Source of the DNA: Epithemia pelagica
Taxonomy: Eukaryota > Protista > Bacillariophyta
DNA length: 64,000 nt
Direction: 5' to 3'
Assembly (NCBI GenBank): GCA_946965045.2
Contig: OX337231.1
Location: 2,108,001 to 2,172,000, forward strand
Positions within the stretch are counted from its first letter, which is position 1. Every line of letters starts with the position of its first letter. The notes beneath the pieces are model-generated. The model saw nothing but the letters and a program-made list of their open reading frames with translations, had not been told where the DNA came from and did no database searches. Below, piece by piece: positions 1-12,355 of this stretch. Position numbers and translations under genes: made by a program.

Positions 1-2492
1 GGCGCTGCACTTGTGCTTGGACTACTGGACGGGGTGTCAGTCGGAGAATTGTCTGGGTCAGTTGGACTGTTCGATGGAGCATCGGTAGGATTGCTCGAAG
101 GTGCCGATGAAAGTGATGGAGCGGTACTTGGAGAGTCTGTTGCGCTAGAAGGTGTACTTGAAGGAGCACTTGAGGGCATTTCCGATGGAGAATCCGATGG
201 CCTTTCTGAAGGAGATGCACTTGGAAACCGAGAAGGCGATACACTTGGGGCTCTGGAAGGTGCATCGGAAGGAGATACGCTTGGGATTTGGGACGGGGGA
301 TCGGTTCGAATAGGTGTTGGAACATTCGTGGGAGAGCTGCTTGGAAGTCGACTTGGAGGTTCACTTGGCGTTGCGCTAGGAACGCGGGTCGGTGACACAC
401 TTGGAGTAAGAGAAGGAAACTCCGAAGGAGGTACACTCGGCGCTGTGGATGGGGCATCCGATGGTGACACCGATGGTGCAGGGGACCTTGTTGGAGCCAC
501 GGATGGCTGTGACGAAGTACTTGGTGCTGGGGAAACCGATGGTGCTGTCGAAGGAGCAGCAGACGGAGCTTCTGTCTTGAAATTCTTTCGCTTGTACACT
601 TTGATATGATTTCTTGCACCGACCGCAAGCTTCCCGCCACTTCTTGATAACGATAACTCCAGTTGACGGCAGGGCAATTTTGAAACTGGGACACCAGGTC
701 CAATGACGTAGTAGTGATTCTCGACAATCGAATACGTAGCCACTCGCGTAACTTGGTTCTTTGACACCTGGCCCACAGCCACTGTGAAGCCAGTTCCTGA
801 TAATGCCAGAGACGAGCCCAGCTTTGTCCCCCGTGTTTTCCCTGTAATATCAGGGATCCGTTTTTCCCATTGTGCTTCATCCTGTGAGACAGCGAGATCG
901 AATATTCGAACAACTCCGGCATGGGCTCCGACACCCACGACTGTTACTCCCGGACAGCCCGTTGCCAACCTTCGACCACTTTCGTCAAGCTCTACCGTTG
1001 TTCCACAACGATCGCCGTGAAAATGACCTTGTAAAATCTCTTCTCCCACTATTGGCAAGAAGTTGTTGGCGTCTTCCGAAAACCGAAATGTGTCGACTCC
1101 TCCAGCGTTGTTGTTCCGCGCCGGACACCCAATAGCTAGCACATTGCCATCTTCCGACATGGATGTACTTTTTCCGCAATGATCAAAATTGGTGTTATTG
1201 TGTGTAAAGAACGATGGTTCCCAAAGAAACTGGCTGTTCATATTGAACACAATACCACCGTCACCACCCGGTGCACCAACCAACACTTGGTACCCTTCCA
1301 ATCCAATATTCACCGATGTACCCGCACGGCCAAAGACGCCAAAATCAGAAAAGACACCTCCGTACTGGACCCATTTCGTCGAGTTGTTCAAAAAGTAGGT
1401 AAAGAATCCTCCGCGTCCACCATTGCATTGCGGACACCCCACAACAATGGAAGGGAACGGATAGGATCCCGTGATATCTACGTCAGCCCCAAACCTCCCG
1501 TAAATGTCGGGAGAGAAAATATCTTGTCCGAGTTGTTTCCATTGCCCCCAGGAAAATGACTCGTACACCCGCACAATGCTGTTGACGCGTGGATAGTGGG
1601 ACTTGGGATCCTGAGCCGACGGAATGCGCGCTGGAAGGCCCACCACCATGATTTGCCCATCGTCACTCAGAGCCACTGTTTTCCCTCGTACCGCAGGAGG
1701 ACATCGGATCCACTCCCGGTACGCTCGAGGCGCAACGGCCCGAAAGGCGTCCTTTTTGCCCTTACCTCCTCGTTTCTTGCCCTTTTTGGACTTTTTCCCC
1801 GACGAATAGCGTCGGCGGGGATTGAGGTATGCGTTGGCATACTGATTGTAGTAGTTGCCATATCCAACCGCTTGGCGAACAACTTGCTTTTGTTCTGGAC
1901 TGATTTGAGAACCGTCAAACGCGTCCAGGTCGGGTGGGAGCCCCTCTACATGGCTTTCCATTCCAGAAACGACTGTTGGCACTGCTGGTGCTGCACTCAT
2001 TCGATGACTTGTGGGTGCACGTCGATTCTTCTTGCCACGGTTTTGTCGTATCGAAAACAAGACACTGGAGTGTGATGATTTCGAGCTCTTGGTAGTACCA
2101 AAGAATGCTTTGTTCGTGTCCTCGACCCGTGATGGCGAGGACCGTTGTCTTGTGGATGATAGACTTTCGCTGTTTGTGTGACTTTTTGTGGCAGCGTCAC
2201 TGCCTTGCAGGTCATTCCTATAGTTGTTTTGGGTGACTGTTGGCGATGCAATCGGGTGGGAGCTTTTCGAAAAGACATGTCGTCGCGATCGCTCTCCTCC
2301 AGTCTTTTGTGGTGGTTGTGGATCGTCGTTGTCGAGTAGCAACTCCTGCTCCCGATTGGTGCGCGGCGATACATGTTGTTGCTCCTCCGTCGCCAAGACC
2401 AATACCGACAGGTAGAGTATCCATATAACAACTACAGACAACCTATACCAGCCGAGCCGACAACGAGGCCTTGTCGTTGCGTGGTGCCTCAT
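1..2492 (-). CDS. Secreted protein with FG-GAP-like beta-propeller repeats followed by a Pro-Ser/Pro-Thr repeat stalk (runs off the window end)
   Basis: My manual translation gives one open minus-strand frame from ATG 2492 (MRHHATTRPRCRLGWYRLSVVVIWILYLSVLVLA, hydrophobic leader) through blade-like motifs (VALSDDGQIMVVGLP, TSMSEDGNVLAIGCP, SLALSGTGFTVAVG) into APSAAPST..PTDAPSNSP repeats. The track ORF 13..609(+) is its antisense shadow. Confidence 0.85.
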   Translation of the reverse strand, partial: MRHHATTRPRCRLGWYRLSVVVIWILYLSVLVLATEEQQHVSPRTNREQELLLDNDDPQPPQKTGGERSRRHVFSKSSHPIASPTVTQNNYRNDLQGSDAATKSHTNSESLSSTRQRSSPSRVEDTNKAFFGTTKSSKSSHSSVLFSIRQNRGKKNRRAPTSHRMSAAPAVPTVVSGMESHVEGLPPDLDAFDGSQISPEQKQVVRQAVGYGNYYNQYANAYLNPRRRYSSGKKSKKGKKRGGKGKKDAFRAVAPRAYREWIRCPPAVRGKTVALSDDGQIMVVGLPARIPSAQDPKSHYPRVNSIVRVYESFSWGQWKQLGQDIFSPDIYGRFGADVDITGSYPFPSIVVGCPQCNGGRGGFFTYFLNNSTKWVQYGGVFSDFGVFGRAGTSVNIGLEGYQVLVGAPGGDGGIVFNMNSQFLWEPSFFTHNNTNFDHCGKSTSMSEDGNVLAIGCPARNNNAGGVDTFRFSEDANNFLPIVGEEILQGHFHGDRCGTTVELDESGRRLATGCPGVTVVGVGAHAGVVRIFDLAVSQDEAQWEKRIPDITGKTRGTKLGSSLALSGTGFTVAVGQVSKNQVTRVATYSIVENHYYVIGPGVPVSKLPCRQLELSLSRSGGKLAVGARNHIKVYKRKNFKTEAPSAAPSTAPSVSPAPSTSSQPSVAPTRSPAPSVSPSDAPSTAPSVPPSEFPSLTPSVSPTRVPSATPSEPPSRLPSSSPTNVPTPIRTDPPSQIPSVSPSDAPSRAPSVSPSRFPSASPSERPSDSPSEMPSSAPSSTPSSATDSPSTAPSLSSAPSSNPTDAPSNSPTDPDNSPTDTPSSSPSTSAA

Positions 2493-3480
2493 GGTTTGTT
2501 GTATTCTGGTTGTTGAATATTGGCTGATGGCGCTGTTGTTTCCTCCAGTGCCAGAATGGAGATGAATGCTCCTATCGCAGTCTTTTATCACTGGATCGTT
2601 CTTCGTTTCGTCGTTTCTTGTTTTCGTCTTGGTGGATCGTGATGAACAAGGCCGTGGTGCCCACAACAAGAATTGCCAAATGATGCGTTGGGAAAGAGGT
2701 TGCAACCACAAGTTTTGTGAGCGCAAAATAATGCGCCGTTCGACCGTTGATTCCCCCAACAAGACTTGCGCGCTCACACATACGAGCTACCGAGTCTGGT
2801 CACAAAACTAGCTATCCCACAACTTGGAAAACGACGACTCAAAACAAGAAACACACAACACTTCACACAACCTTACCTTACAAAGTCTGTATCAGGATGC
2901 ACCCCGGAGTATCCATTTGCCTTAGAAGTGTCGATCTTGGGAAGCTGCCAGCACCGTTTCCGTGAATGGACTTCTAGAGTTCAATGATACAATGACTGCT
3001 ATGATATGCTAAGGTTCGGTCTTTCTTGTGAACGACGCAATGTGCTCATCAACGAACGACGTATGATCTAAATCTGCCCTTCTGTAAGTTGATGAAGGAT
3101 GAAGATATTGACAAGGAACTGGTTGACCAACTTTGAAACCTACCGGGTCAGGGTTCAATGCACTTTGGTCGAGCTATAGGAGTAGTACCCATTCTCAACA
3201 CGGATAAAGAGGTGAACAGCCGGACCATGAAAAAGCAAAGTATCGTGGTATCGATAGACTTCCAAAGACAACATGTGAAAACAGAGACTTTCCACTGGCG
3301 ATGCGGCTACCTAGGTAGTACATGTTGCAACCAGGCCTCATCAAGTGTCACAAGTAACTTGTTCGTTTATTCATTGAATCTATAGTCCACATGCTCGTCA
3401 TACCAAGCGTTTGATAGTAAGGCCTTCTGGATTCAAAGTGGCCACAACGCGAGATTCCAAAAAACAAAGAGGATTCGACA

Positions 3481-5448
3481 TTAGGATCCTGGAGGATCAT
3501 CGCGAACTAGGTATTCCAAATTACGGTTTTCTCGAAGCCATGTCCCCAGAGCAAAGACCGAGTCTGACAAACAACGTTTCGAGAGAAAACAATAAAGGGT
3601 CATGGGTGAGAATGGTCCTGGTGAACAGCGCGGAATAGCAACGGGGTTTCGTGTCCAACGTACTGAAAAAGGATCCCCAAATACCAAAATAGGCATTGGA
3701 AAGGCCGTTAATCACACCATCAACACCCTGAGTTGGACATGATGGTTCCGAAATCAAACGACAGTACGAGTGAGGCCAAAGAAAAAGAAAGAGACACGAT
3801 AAATGTGCTCAAGTCCAAAACTCACCGTGTACTCCCAGATAACCCAAAATTTGGCCGCAATCCAGGCAATCATGACAAAGCCTTCCATTTGTCTCCATCC
3901 AAACACACAGCGATAGGTCCCCGATGCTCGTGTACAGGTGCAGGGAAGTTTCCGAGGTTCGGTCGAAAGGTCATTGAGAATAATGGCCACCATACAATTC
4001 AAGACTTCGAACCAAAAGACGGCCGTCACCCACAGCCACCGACCCGTTTGGAGGTAGCCAATCTCTCCTTCGAACCGTTCATCAATTTCGTTCCGGTTGT
4101 TGTATAGATCCGTGGCGGCACCGGCAAAGACAATGGAAAAAATCATGATCCAAAACCAATTGTAGGTTGTCTCACGCTTGTGCTGATTCATCATGTCCAT
4201 TAGAGTTGGTAAGCCAGCCGATTCTCTCCAAACACCATAGGTCAAACAAATGGAACCAAAGGCTTTATAATGAAAACACAAAAAAAAATCATCCATTAGC
4301 GTGAACAAGACGTCCCTTTTTCAATCCAAGAAGGCCACAAAAGAACGAAACGTACCGATCCAGCTCGTAAAATACACATTGGCTTGTACGGTACCCACCG
4401 AGAGGGAAGAGGTACAGATATGCAAGGCTCCCATCCACATGACAATGAGACAGAGTGTCAAATTCCGTTCTCCCGAACTCCCATCGCGAAAAATGGTCAC
4501 CCACAGTTTGGGCAAAAAGACAGTATCGTAATGGACCAACATGATGAGGAAACAAACACCAACCAAGCCGGCCGATGCATAAATGGCACCCCAGAGTTTC
4601 CATTGATAAATCAAGTCGCCTTCGTTGGTGGCAAAAAAACGATCACGAGCATCGTCCGGCAGTGTGGTGCTGGTGTTAAAGAACTCGTCCCGATCTTCTC
4701 CCGTTAGCACTTCCTTCTCAAAGAATCTAGAGCGAACAGGGAGAGCATTCATTCATATGGAAGCAATGTAAGAATCGCATTTAAATGCCACATGCAACCA
4801 AACAGATTCAAGTGCATTGTCAACTCACTGTAACGCCGACACCAGCAAGACAGATCCCGCAATGGCAGAAAACAAATATCCCAGAAAGCGTGGGGATGCT
4901 CGAATGTCGGCTCCTGACAAACTACGGTGTCGATCCGCAAACGAAGATGAAGGAGGAGGATCATTATTTTCTCCTCCTCCATTGTTGTTGTTGGTGGTGG
5001 CAGTGTCTCGCGCTGGTGATACGGCCGGAGAATCTTGTCGTACCGACAACTCCCGCAAAATCGAAGATCGAAAACCACTCGTTCGTCGCGACGGGGAAGT
5101 AAAGGGCGCCGAAGTGGTGGCTGTGGCCATGGTTTTGCTGCTGGGCATGCCGCCGTTTTGGTTGGAAGGACGCTTTCGAAAGAACATTCCTCCCCCACCA
5201 TTTGGACTGGGTCTCAACGCATTGTTTGATCGGTTTTGACCCTGTTGTTGTTGTTCGGAAGTCTCATTGTGGTTGGGATGCTGTTGTCCTGGTCGACTGC
5301 TCGTACTGCCACCATCATCGAAACTCCAGGGCATTCCTTCATTGGAATCTCTGGCTCGATTCAACTGCACATGAGGAAACTGATTGGGTCGCCGTGGCGA
5401 TAACTGCGAAGGGACCGGATTGGTATTCAAGACAATCCTTGTGGGCAT
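3481..5448 (-). CDS. Multipass membrane protein, 5 exons, two repeats ending in NxYFxxW
   Basis: ORFs 4825-5511, 4321-4752, 3754-4308, 3521-3757 and 3481-3696 join through GT-AG introns (e.g. 4727..4828). Motifs VGTVQANVYFTSW and VINGLSNAYFGIW. Confidence 0.75.
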
Positions 5449-6331
5449 GATGATGATAGTGGTTCGGATGAATTCTTGTTTGTTTGTTGCATTGAAAGTC
5501 GAAAGAACCACAGGTGCACCAGGAATAAAACGCGACTCAGTAGAAAGATGCGCGACTCATTCAGTTTGCTTATGTTGCGGGACCACGACTTGAGGTCGCT
5601 GTAAGCTTTGGCTATAATCGTGGAGAAACGCAACACAACAAACGGACCTAGGTAGCCCCAACCACCATATCTTTAACAACCAGGGAAACCAAGGCATTTC
5701 GGTCTTACATGTTTGCTTGATCCATCTCTTTACTTAGCTTCCCCAAGTTCTTCCAGTCGAATTCTCATGTCACTGCTCTGGAGAGTAGGAGCGCGCATGA
5801 CAAGGCCGCCAAGACTGCACTCAACAGAAACCGGAAGCATGGGTGTATCCGAACCACTCTTTCCTCAAATCAGAAAAGAAGTTGTCCATGTACAATAGCT
5901 TATACAAACATGCCGCTATATGACCAAACTCGGAAAGCTTGAGTGAGAGCAAGGGGGAGAGCAACTACGTCGAACACGGGGAAGCTAGCAGTCTTGCTTG
6001 GCATTTCAGCTTAGAGTCTCTTATTTATGTTCATGAGTCTCTTAGTTACGTTCATAAGCTGGCCACAGAAACAAGGAACATGAGTTCGAGGTTCGTTTTC
6101 ACTGCACGGTGGAATATAAAGGTTTCCTGAGAAGTCTAGTAAAGAACAACAGGCCAAAATGTACTCCTGTTCCCGCGGCATCACTCGTGCCACGAGAAAC
6201 CAGAAACAGTCCATTGCGAACTTTTGTGAAGGTTGCTTCGACAAGAATCCTGGGAACCGTGCTTCGACAAGAATCGATCGAACAGTCATTCCTGTCCTTC
6301 TCGATTCTAGTCCAGTCCCACTGGCTCGTCT

Positions 6332-7330
6332 TCACCAATACAAATACAAGACGTCGTACGGATCCAAGTCACCAGACGGTCGACCAAAGGGGTATCGGAA
6401 CCCAGACTGACGCTGTGCCGCCCGCCAATCAAAGCAGGCTCCACAGACGCACACGACTTGTTCGTCATCGTAACCACTCTCTTCTTTGGAAATGAGCATC
6501 TTGCACTCGGGACATTGAGCCCAATCACTCCCTTCCCCAGAATTTTCCATGGCTCGCACAATTTGGGCAAAGGGAGAAACCATAAAATTTCGTCGGCATT
6601 CTCGACAGGAAAAGACTCGATTGGTCACCTTCTTGTCGGGATGATCTCGTTTGTAAGCACGAGGATGATCGCAATGAGGACAGTGTACCGTGCACATGTC
6701 TGGTTTGTTTCCCTTGGCCAACTCGGAGAGACGAAAGTGTTGTGTCAGTTCTGCTTTGGAATGGATCAATCCACGTTTGATCAATTGCGATTCTCGAATC
6801 GGTCGTCGACATTGTGGATGAAAGCATTGCAACGGATAGTTTCGCGCACTCTTCTGTGCTTGGACCACGTAGACTTGGCGCATGCAATCGATGCAAGCAG
6901 CCTCATGCCAATAGCAGCTCTTCATGAGTCGGACTACGGGGCGGCATTCAAAACAAATGGGGCACTCTCGCATTGGTCCCTCCTCCTCTTTTTCAGTTGA
7001 TTCTCTAGAAGTGGACGTGGTACTGGGCAAATGTTTATTCCATTCATGAGAAGTATATTCTTTCGCGGCATCACATCCTTTGAGTTCGCTGATAGATTCA
7101 TCGCATTGATCATTGTACATTTCCATGATATCGTCATCCTCCCAATCCATTTCATGAAAGTACTCGGAAGTAGTGTTCCAGTTCTGTGGAACGTGAGAAG
7201 CACAGCTTGTAGCTCGTTTTCGATCGTGCGTTCGATGGACATGGGTGCGAGCCGAGGATCGATGGCTTCCTCCTCCGCGTGAGAGCTTTCGGCTCTGTCC
7301 TTGAGCGTGTTTCAGGTATCCTCTTGGCAT
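6332..7330 (-). CDS. RBR (RING-IBR-RING)-type E3 ubiquitin ligase-like protein
   Basis: CPICFEC..CYWHEAACIDC..CFHPQC (RING1), HCPHCDH..CREC (IBR), WAQCPECKMLISK..VCVCGACFDW (RING2). Confidence 0.85.
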   Translation of the reverse strand: MPRGYLKHAQGQSRKLSRGGGSHRSSARTHVHRTHDRKRATSCASHVPQNWNTTSEYFHEMDWEDDDIMEMYNDQCDESISELKGCDAAKEYTSHEWNKHLPSTTSTSRESTEKEEEGPMRECPICFECRPVVRLMKSCYWHEAACIDCMRQVYVVQAQKSARNYPLQCFHPQCRRPIRESQLIKRGLIHSKAELTQHFRLSELAKGNKPDMCTVHCPHCDHPRAYKRDHPDKKVTNRVFSCRECRRNFMVSPFAQIVRAMENSGEGSDWAQCPECKMLISKEESGYDDEQVVCVCGACFDWRAAQRQSGFRYPFGRPSGDLDPYDVLYLYW

Positions 7331-8644
7331 TCTGTCTGTTCTTTCAATGAAAAGTGCAAAAAGATATGATCAGATCTCTCGCGCAGTCGCATCCGCGTCC
7401 CTCCGTACACGTTTGGAGATTGACCCGCTCGCGACTCGCAGACGTGTTTGAAATTCCAAACGTACACTTATACTCGCAAGGGTAGCATAAGTAGCTAGCA
7501 TTTGACGAGGTTGCTTCAATGATGTGTCTTGTAGAAGAATTGATGGCCGCTCTGACCATCCAGTACTAGTCTACGTAGATATACGTATGTAGGGAAATGT
7601 ACCGGACAAGTATGTAGGGCATGGAATTTGGAATCTTGCTCATGAGGATTTCTGAAGAATAGGGAGACTATGGCTTAGTTGCGTGAAAACTACCCGTCTT
7701 CACAAAGGAGATTTCAAGTTTTTGAGTGAAGCAAAGCGCGTATCTAAATCGATGTTGGCTATAAAATCAACATGGCAAAGGTTGTGGATGCATTGGAAGG
7801 TCTTCTGTGGATCACGGCCCTTGCACCACTCTGGGTTCTGTACTTTCGAACCAAAATGTCTACAGTGGCTACTGTTCACCTTCTGGTGACCCAGTGGTGG
7901 AATCGTGGGATGGTCCTTATGTGTTTTTTGCATGAACAACTCTCTTAGTCTCTATAACACTAGGTAGAAGCATAGTATTCATCAATTTTGCCACCCACTT
8001 TGCCATTCAGTGGCGGCAATCGAAATTCTTTGAGTTCCGGGAGATCCTTGAACAAGACGGGAAACAAGAGTGTTTGTGGTAGCTGAAAGCATGAGAGGAG
8101 TAAACCTTCTCTGCCTACTCCCAGTGTCATGTATAGCTATAGTATAAGTCTTGTTCACGTATTGCTATTTCCGTTGCTTGGCAGTGGACAAATCTTGATC
8201 AATCAACATGGCTAGTTAACACCCAACTTGGAAGCATATAGTCGGGCTATCCGTAGAACAGTTTCAAATTGGACTGCACCATTGCATTATTGGATACTCA
8301 CTGCACCAACTCCATGGATGGTTGTTCTTGCACTGGTGCATGGGTGGTGCTGAAAAGGTATCATTGGGCTGGCCGGATGTCCCTTTTTCGCTTGCATCCT
8401 CGACTCCAACTCCATACATGATAAAAGCTCTGCTCCTCATCGTTTGTCCTCTTCTTTGTTGTACACACTGTAGTATTAATCCGAAGAGAGATCCCTATTA
8501 TTCATGGTCGTATCCACTTCTATTGCAAATTGCTACACTCAAGTAGGTACTCCTAGAGACTCTATGTATGATCTGTCGTAGCTACTCCTGACTACCATGA
8601 TTCCATTGCCGCATCTGGTCTGTACGTAGTCAACCTACCAGAAA

Positions 8645-8764
8645 TTCTGATGGCCATTCGGCCAACATAACTTTCAAGACGCTGATCATTGCCAATTACT
8701 ACAGAGCTACCCAGGTCGACTATTTCTAGTCATGGCAAAATTGTCGGTCAAATGGCCATCAGAA
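8645..8764. repeat. 120-bp fold-back element with a 14-bp perfect terminal inverted repeat
   Basis: TTCTGATGGCCATT (8645-8658) / AATGGCCATCAGAA (8751-8764), extending inward imperfectly to about 30 bp. Confidence 0.5.
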
Positions 8765-9346
8765 GGTGCGATTTTACCGCGACTTGGCTAACAAAACCGA
8801 GGTAATGATGGTTATATGAATGCCGGACGCTTTTTGTCTCGAAAACTTCATATTTCGAGTCGAGCTGGAGGACTTTGGAAATCCATAGACGAGACCCAAA
8901 CAAGTTCCTTCATTCTCCATGACCCTGATAGCTGGCACTGATAGCGAGGGTTTGTGTTTGTGCCGGCATCCGGCATGTAGGATAAAGGGAACAGATTGAT
9001 GAGGGTGATTTAAAGAAATTTAATCCGTTTCGGGAGAAGGGACACGACTCAAATCAGAACTGAACTGTGCGGTATTTATCCATTTTAGGACTTATTTAGA
9101 TTTCAACAGGGAGTAGTAGTACATGGGATGGTTCTCCGTCCGGTGAGAAGTCCCTTGGGAAGTCCCTTGGCAAGAGCAACGAAGAAGTCTGCCTTTGTAC
9201 CATCCCTCCATTCTTTCTTGTGAAGTGCATTGAAAGAGGACAGGAGAGACAAAATCAGAACACCCTGGATAGAAACAAGACTTTGATCATTGGTGCCTTT
9301 TCCAGGTCGTGATTGAAGAAAAGAGAGAGAGAGGTTTTATACTCAC

Positions 9347-10411
9347 TCATTCAATGTCCAGCTGCTCATCGTATAATTCCCACTTTTTTGTCGTATCTTC
9401 GTATTTCCAATTGACACACTCTTCAAATATCTCCTTGTTTCGCACATGAACTGTAACTTCCCAATTCTTGTTGTCAACTTGAATCCCTCCCTCTAAGCAT
9501 TGATAGTTTCGGGCTAAAGCTTCGTCCTTGAACTCAATTCCCAGTGTGACTGCATACCGGTTGTCATTGTCTGCTTGTCTGCGCGCTGAGGACGATTTGA
9601 AACTTAGTCGAAGCAAAGGGATTTTTTCATCGGTGTTGAGACCGTCCAACATTTGATGGAATGGCCAAGAAGCTGCGATCATGTTGTTTTCGTCGTTTTG
9701 GTACGCTTTGTTCTTTGCTTTGTCGTGAAGATGACATTTGTAGTGTTTCAAACCAAGTTGCCGGATGTCGACCGATTGATACATAACAAGAGGCGAGTTG
9801 TCCTCAACCGCCTCCGTGATTGGGACAGATACGCGATAAGATCTCAGCATGTTGAGATCACCACATGGAGACTCTGACGCGCTGGGGTCGTAGTCCAGCA
9901 GAGTGAACCGTTGAAAATCACGGGGCAAAACAACCTCTAGGGGCTCTTTTGGGGCAACGTTGACACCAGCAAGATTCACCAGCTCCTTGTGCATTTCCCA
10001 GGAGTTCAATTCGTTTTGAAAATCGCACGCCTTGTCGTAGTTTTTAAAATAGGCCTTGATTGTCAGATCGTTGTTCGAGTAAGTCACGCTTGCACCATGA
10101 CCCTCCGCTTCGGAGTAGCCTCCATGGTGACGCTCAAGCAACTTGTAAACGTTCCCTCTGGCACCCGCACAGGACAAGGCTCCAAAGACGGAGGCTCTGA
10201 CCTCGTATCCAACAGCCGCAACCTTCTTTTTAATGAACCTGTACCTGCCTTTAGGAATAACTTTATCCTGCGCAAAAACGACGGAATTGTCTTCTAAGTT
10301 TCGCAGATACCCAGGACCGTAGAATTGAATAATATCCGACAGCTTTTCGCCATGCTCGAAGTTCACGGCATCACCGTCTTCAAATTGAACACTGGCTTGA
10401 GTGTTTCCCAT
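9347..10411 (-). CDS. Crinkler (CRN)-like HNH endonuclease-domain protein
   Basis: KCHL..DENN..FHQMLDGLN (H-N-H/D) and C-terminal VHVRNKEIFEECVNWKYEDTTKKW, resembling stramenopile CRN HNH domains as I recall them. N-terminus MGNTQAS. Confidence 0.7.
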   Translation of the reverse strand: MGNTQASVQFEDGDAVNFEHGEKLSDIIQFYGPGYLRNLEDNSVVFAQDKVIPKGRYRFIKKKVAAVGYEVRASVFGALSCAGARGNVYKLLERHHGGYSEAEGHGASVTYSNNDLTIKAYFKNYDKACDFQNELNSWEMHKELVNLAGVNVAPKEPLEVVLPRDFQRFTLLDYDPSASESPCGDLNMLRSYRVSVPITEAVEDNSPLVMYQSVDIRQLGLKHYKCHLHDKAKNKAYQNDENNMIAASWPFHQMLDGLNTDEKIPLLRLSFKSSSARRQADNDNRYAVTLGIEFKDEALARNYQCLEGGIQVDNKNWEVTVHVRNKEIFEECVNWKYEDTTKKWELYDEQLDIE

Positions 10412-11602
10412 GCTGAACAGTATCGTTACTACTGCAGAGATTTCTATTCGAACAAGCTCGGTTATACTTGTACTCGCACGAGGTTGTCAACACCAAGAAG
10501 GAATCACAACGTTCGCGAAGTCGCGAAGTTGTTTCTCACCAGTCCGTCTGGCCGTCTCATAACGAGCGGTTCACCGCGAGACCGAAGAAGCCTGTCAATC
10601 TACAGTAGGACCTAGGCCCCTACATGAAATAATACGGCACACACGGATGCTAGTGCTCAATGCAACTGATTGCATCTTGTCCCTCTCCTGTCACAACAAC
10701 TTTAAGAATTCGCAATGTTTGTAGCCTTCGTGAATGGTGAAACCTGAAACCTCTCATCCATGTCAGTAAGCAGATGATGATTCTCGCAAAAATCTTATTC
10801 TTGTCCCCCAAGCATAACATAGATACAAAGTGGAAGACTAGAACACTAGAACGTTTCAGTGAGTTTCCAGTTTGATCTGTTTTTGTTCTCGTTGCTCTTC
10901 CTTCGTGGTCCTTGGGTCTTCTCTTTCCCCCAATCGAACCAGAATGAACATGAAGGTCCGAAAACTATCATGAACCGAGATAGATTACGAGTATTCACGC
11001 CCTACTCTATGTCTACTCCTTGGACCATCAAGTAAAGAGTAAAGATATAGAAAAAGACGTCTGCATTGATGTCCTCATTCATCATAAACTTTTATGCCCA
11101 CAACCAACGACGTACGACATGCTATATCTATATGAAGTTTCGTTGGAACACTTTCTTACTTCCGCATCATGATGAGACACGTAACGAAGAAGTTAGATGA
11201 ACGGCCACAGCGGAGAAACTAGGTACTCTAGGTAGGTAAGCTTGTCGCCATTTTATTTATCACTAGAGGCACTCCCAAGTTGTTTGCAAGAGTCTTGATA
11301 TCGATGAATCTAACCTCTCGAACCGTCTGTCGCTACTTTTAAGACAACATGATCGGGGCAAGATTTAGAATGTCGTCATGTTCCCCCATTCCCCAGATTG
11401 AACAACCTCAAGGCTGCATTGGAGCCGTCCGATGAACTTCGACACAAGCAAAAAGTTGAGACCTGCCACAAAATCTCCAGAGCAAAATTTCTTTTTGCCC
11501 TGCGATGAACACAAACGTGCTTTGCCACCGTAGCCACGAACCAGAACGACAAGAAATACCACCAAGAAGAGATCGAGACGATCCTATATCATCCCGCAAA
11601 AG

Positions 11603-12355
11603 ATGACTGTGCAAAATCATGAACTAGGTGAACTCGATATTCTGTGCAGCAAGGACAAGTCTCTTTCCACTCATCCTGGCAACCGTTTGTTTCGTGAACT
11701 AATCGAGGAAGCGAAGGCGCCCTATAAAAAGGCGATTGATAAGGCTACCAAGATGAAGATAACGAAAAACATTGTAGATCGGCTGCACAATGATTATGGG
11801 TGTCGATTTGTCAAGTTTGACACAGACTTGGCGTTCTGGGTGGAACTAAGTCGTATTGAATCAAGAGACAAGGTCGGCCATGCCCTACGCTTCGCCATCA
11901 AAGGAGCTCCGAAGAAGAGTCTTACACGACGACGACGATCTTCGGCCACAAAAATGGCCCACAGGAGTAAGTCAAGCGAGGATCAAAGAAGCAGCATCAC
12001 ACGCACTTCATGTTCCTCCACCATTGCTAGCATCCGTCCAAGCACCAAGGGAAATTCCAGTCTTCTCTCGTCTGGTCTAAGTATTGACAGAATCGAGACT
12101 GCACGAGGGAATCTCGATCTCATTTTCAAGCGACAGCAAGAGCTTCTTCTCGCGTTCAGCAACCACGTGGATGAGAGAACTACAGAAGAGCATTCAGCAT
12201 CTTGTCAAGAGGACCCTGGAATGAACCAATCAGAAAAGATGATGTCGCCGTCGTTGATGGAGCCTTTGGATCTAGATTCTGCTGAAGTTGCTGACATTCT
12301 TACAGCTGACGAGTTCAACTTTTTCGGTGGCTCTTCTGACCATGTTGAGCTGTAA
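11603..12355 (+). CDS. DUF6824-domain protein
   Basis: DILCSKDK..HPGNRLFRELI..KMKITKNIVDRL..RFVK..WVEL..RDKVGHALR matches the diatom DUF6824 pattern. Confidence 0.85.
   Translation: MTVQNHELGELDILCSKDKSLSTHPGNRLFRELIEEAKAPYKKAIDKATKMKITKNIVDRLHNDYGCRFVKFDTDLAFWVELSRIESRDKVGHALRFAIKGAPKKSLTRRRRSSATKMAHRSKSSEDQRSSITRTSCSSTIASIRPSTKGNSSLLSSGLSIDRIETARGNLDLIFKRQQELLLAFSNHVDERTTEEHSASCQEDPGMNQSEKMMSPSLMEPLDLDSAEVADILTADEFNFFGGSSDHVEL

Noticed and set aside
13-609. 198-aa Gly/Asp-rich + strand ORF
   Set aside because: Antisense shadow of the Pro-Ser repeat region of the minus-strand gene.
7580-10625. Possible hAT-like TIRs (TAGGG../..CCCTA) around the HNH gene
   Set aside because: The match does not extend beyond 5-6 bp and no TSD is visible.
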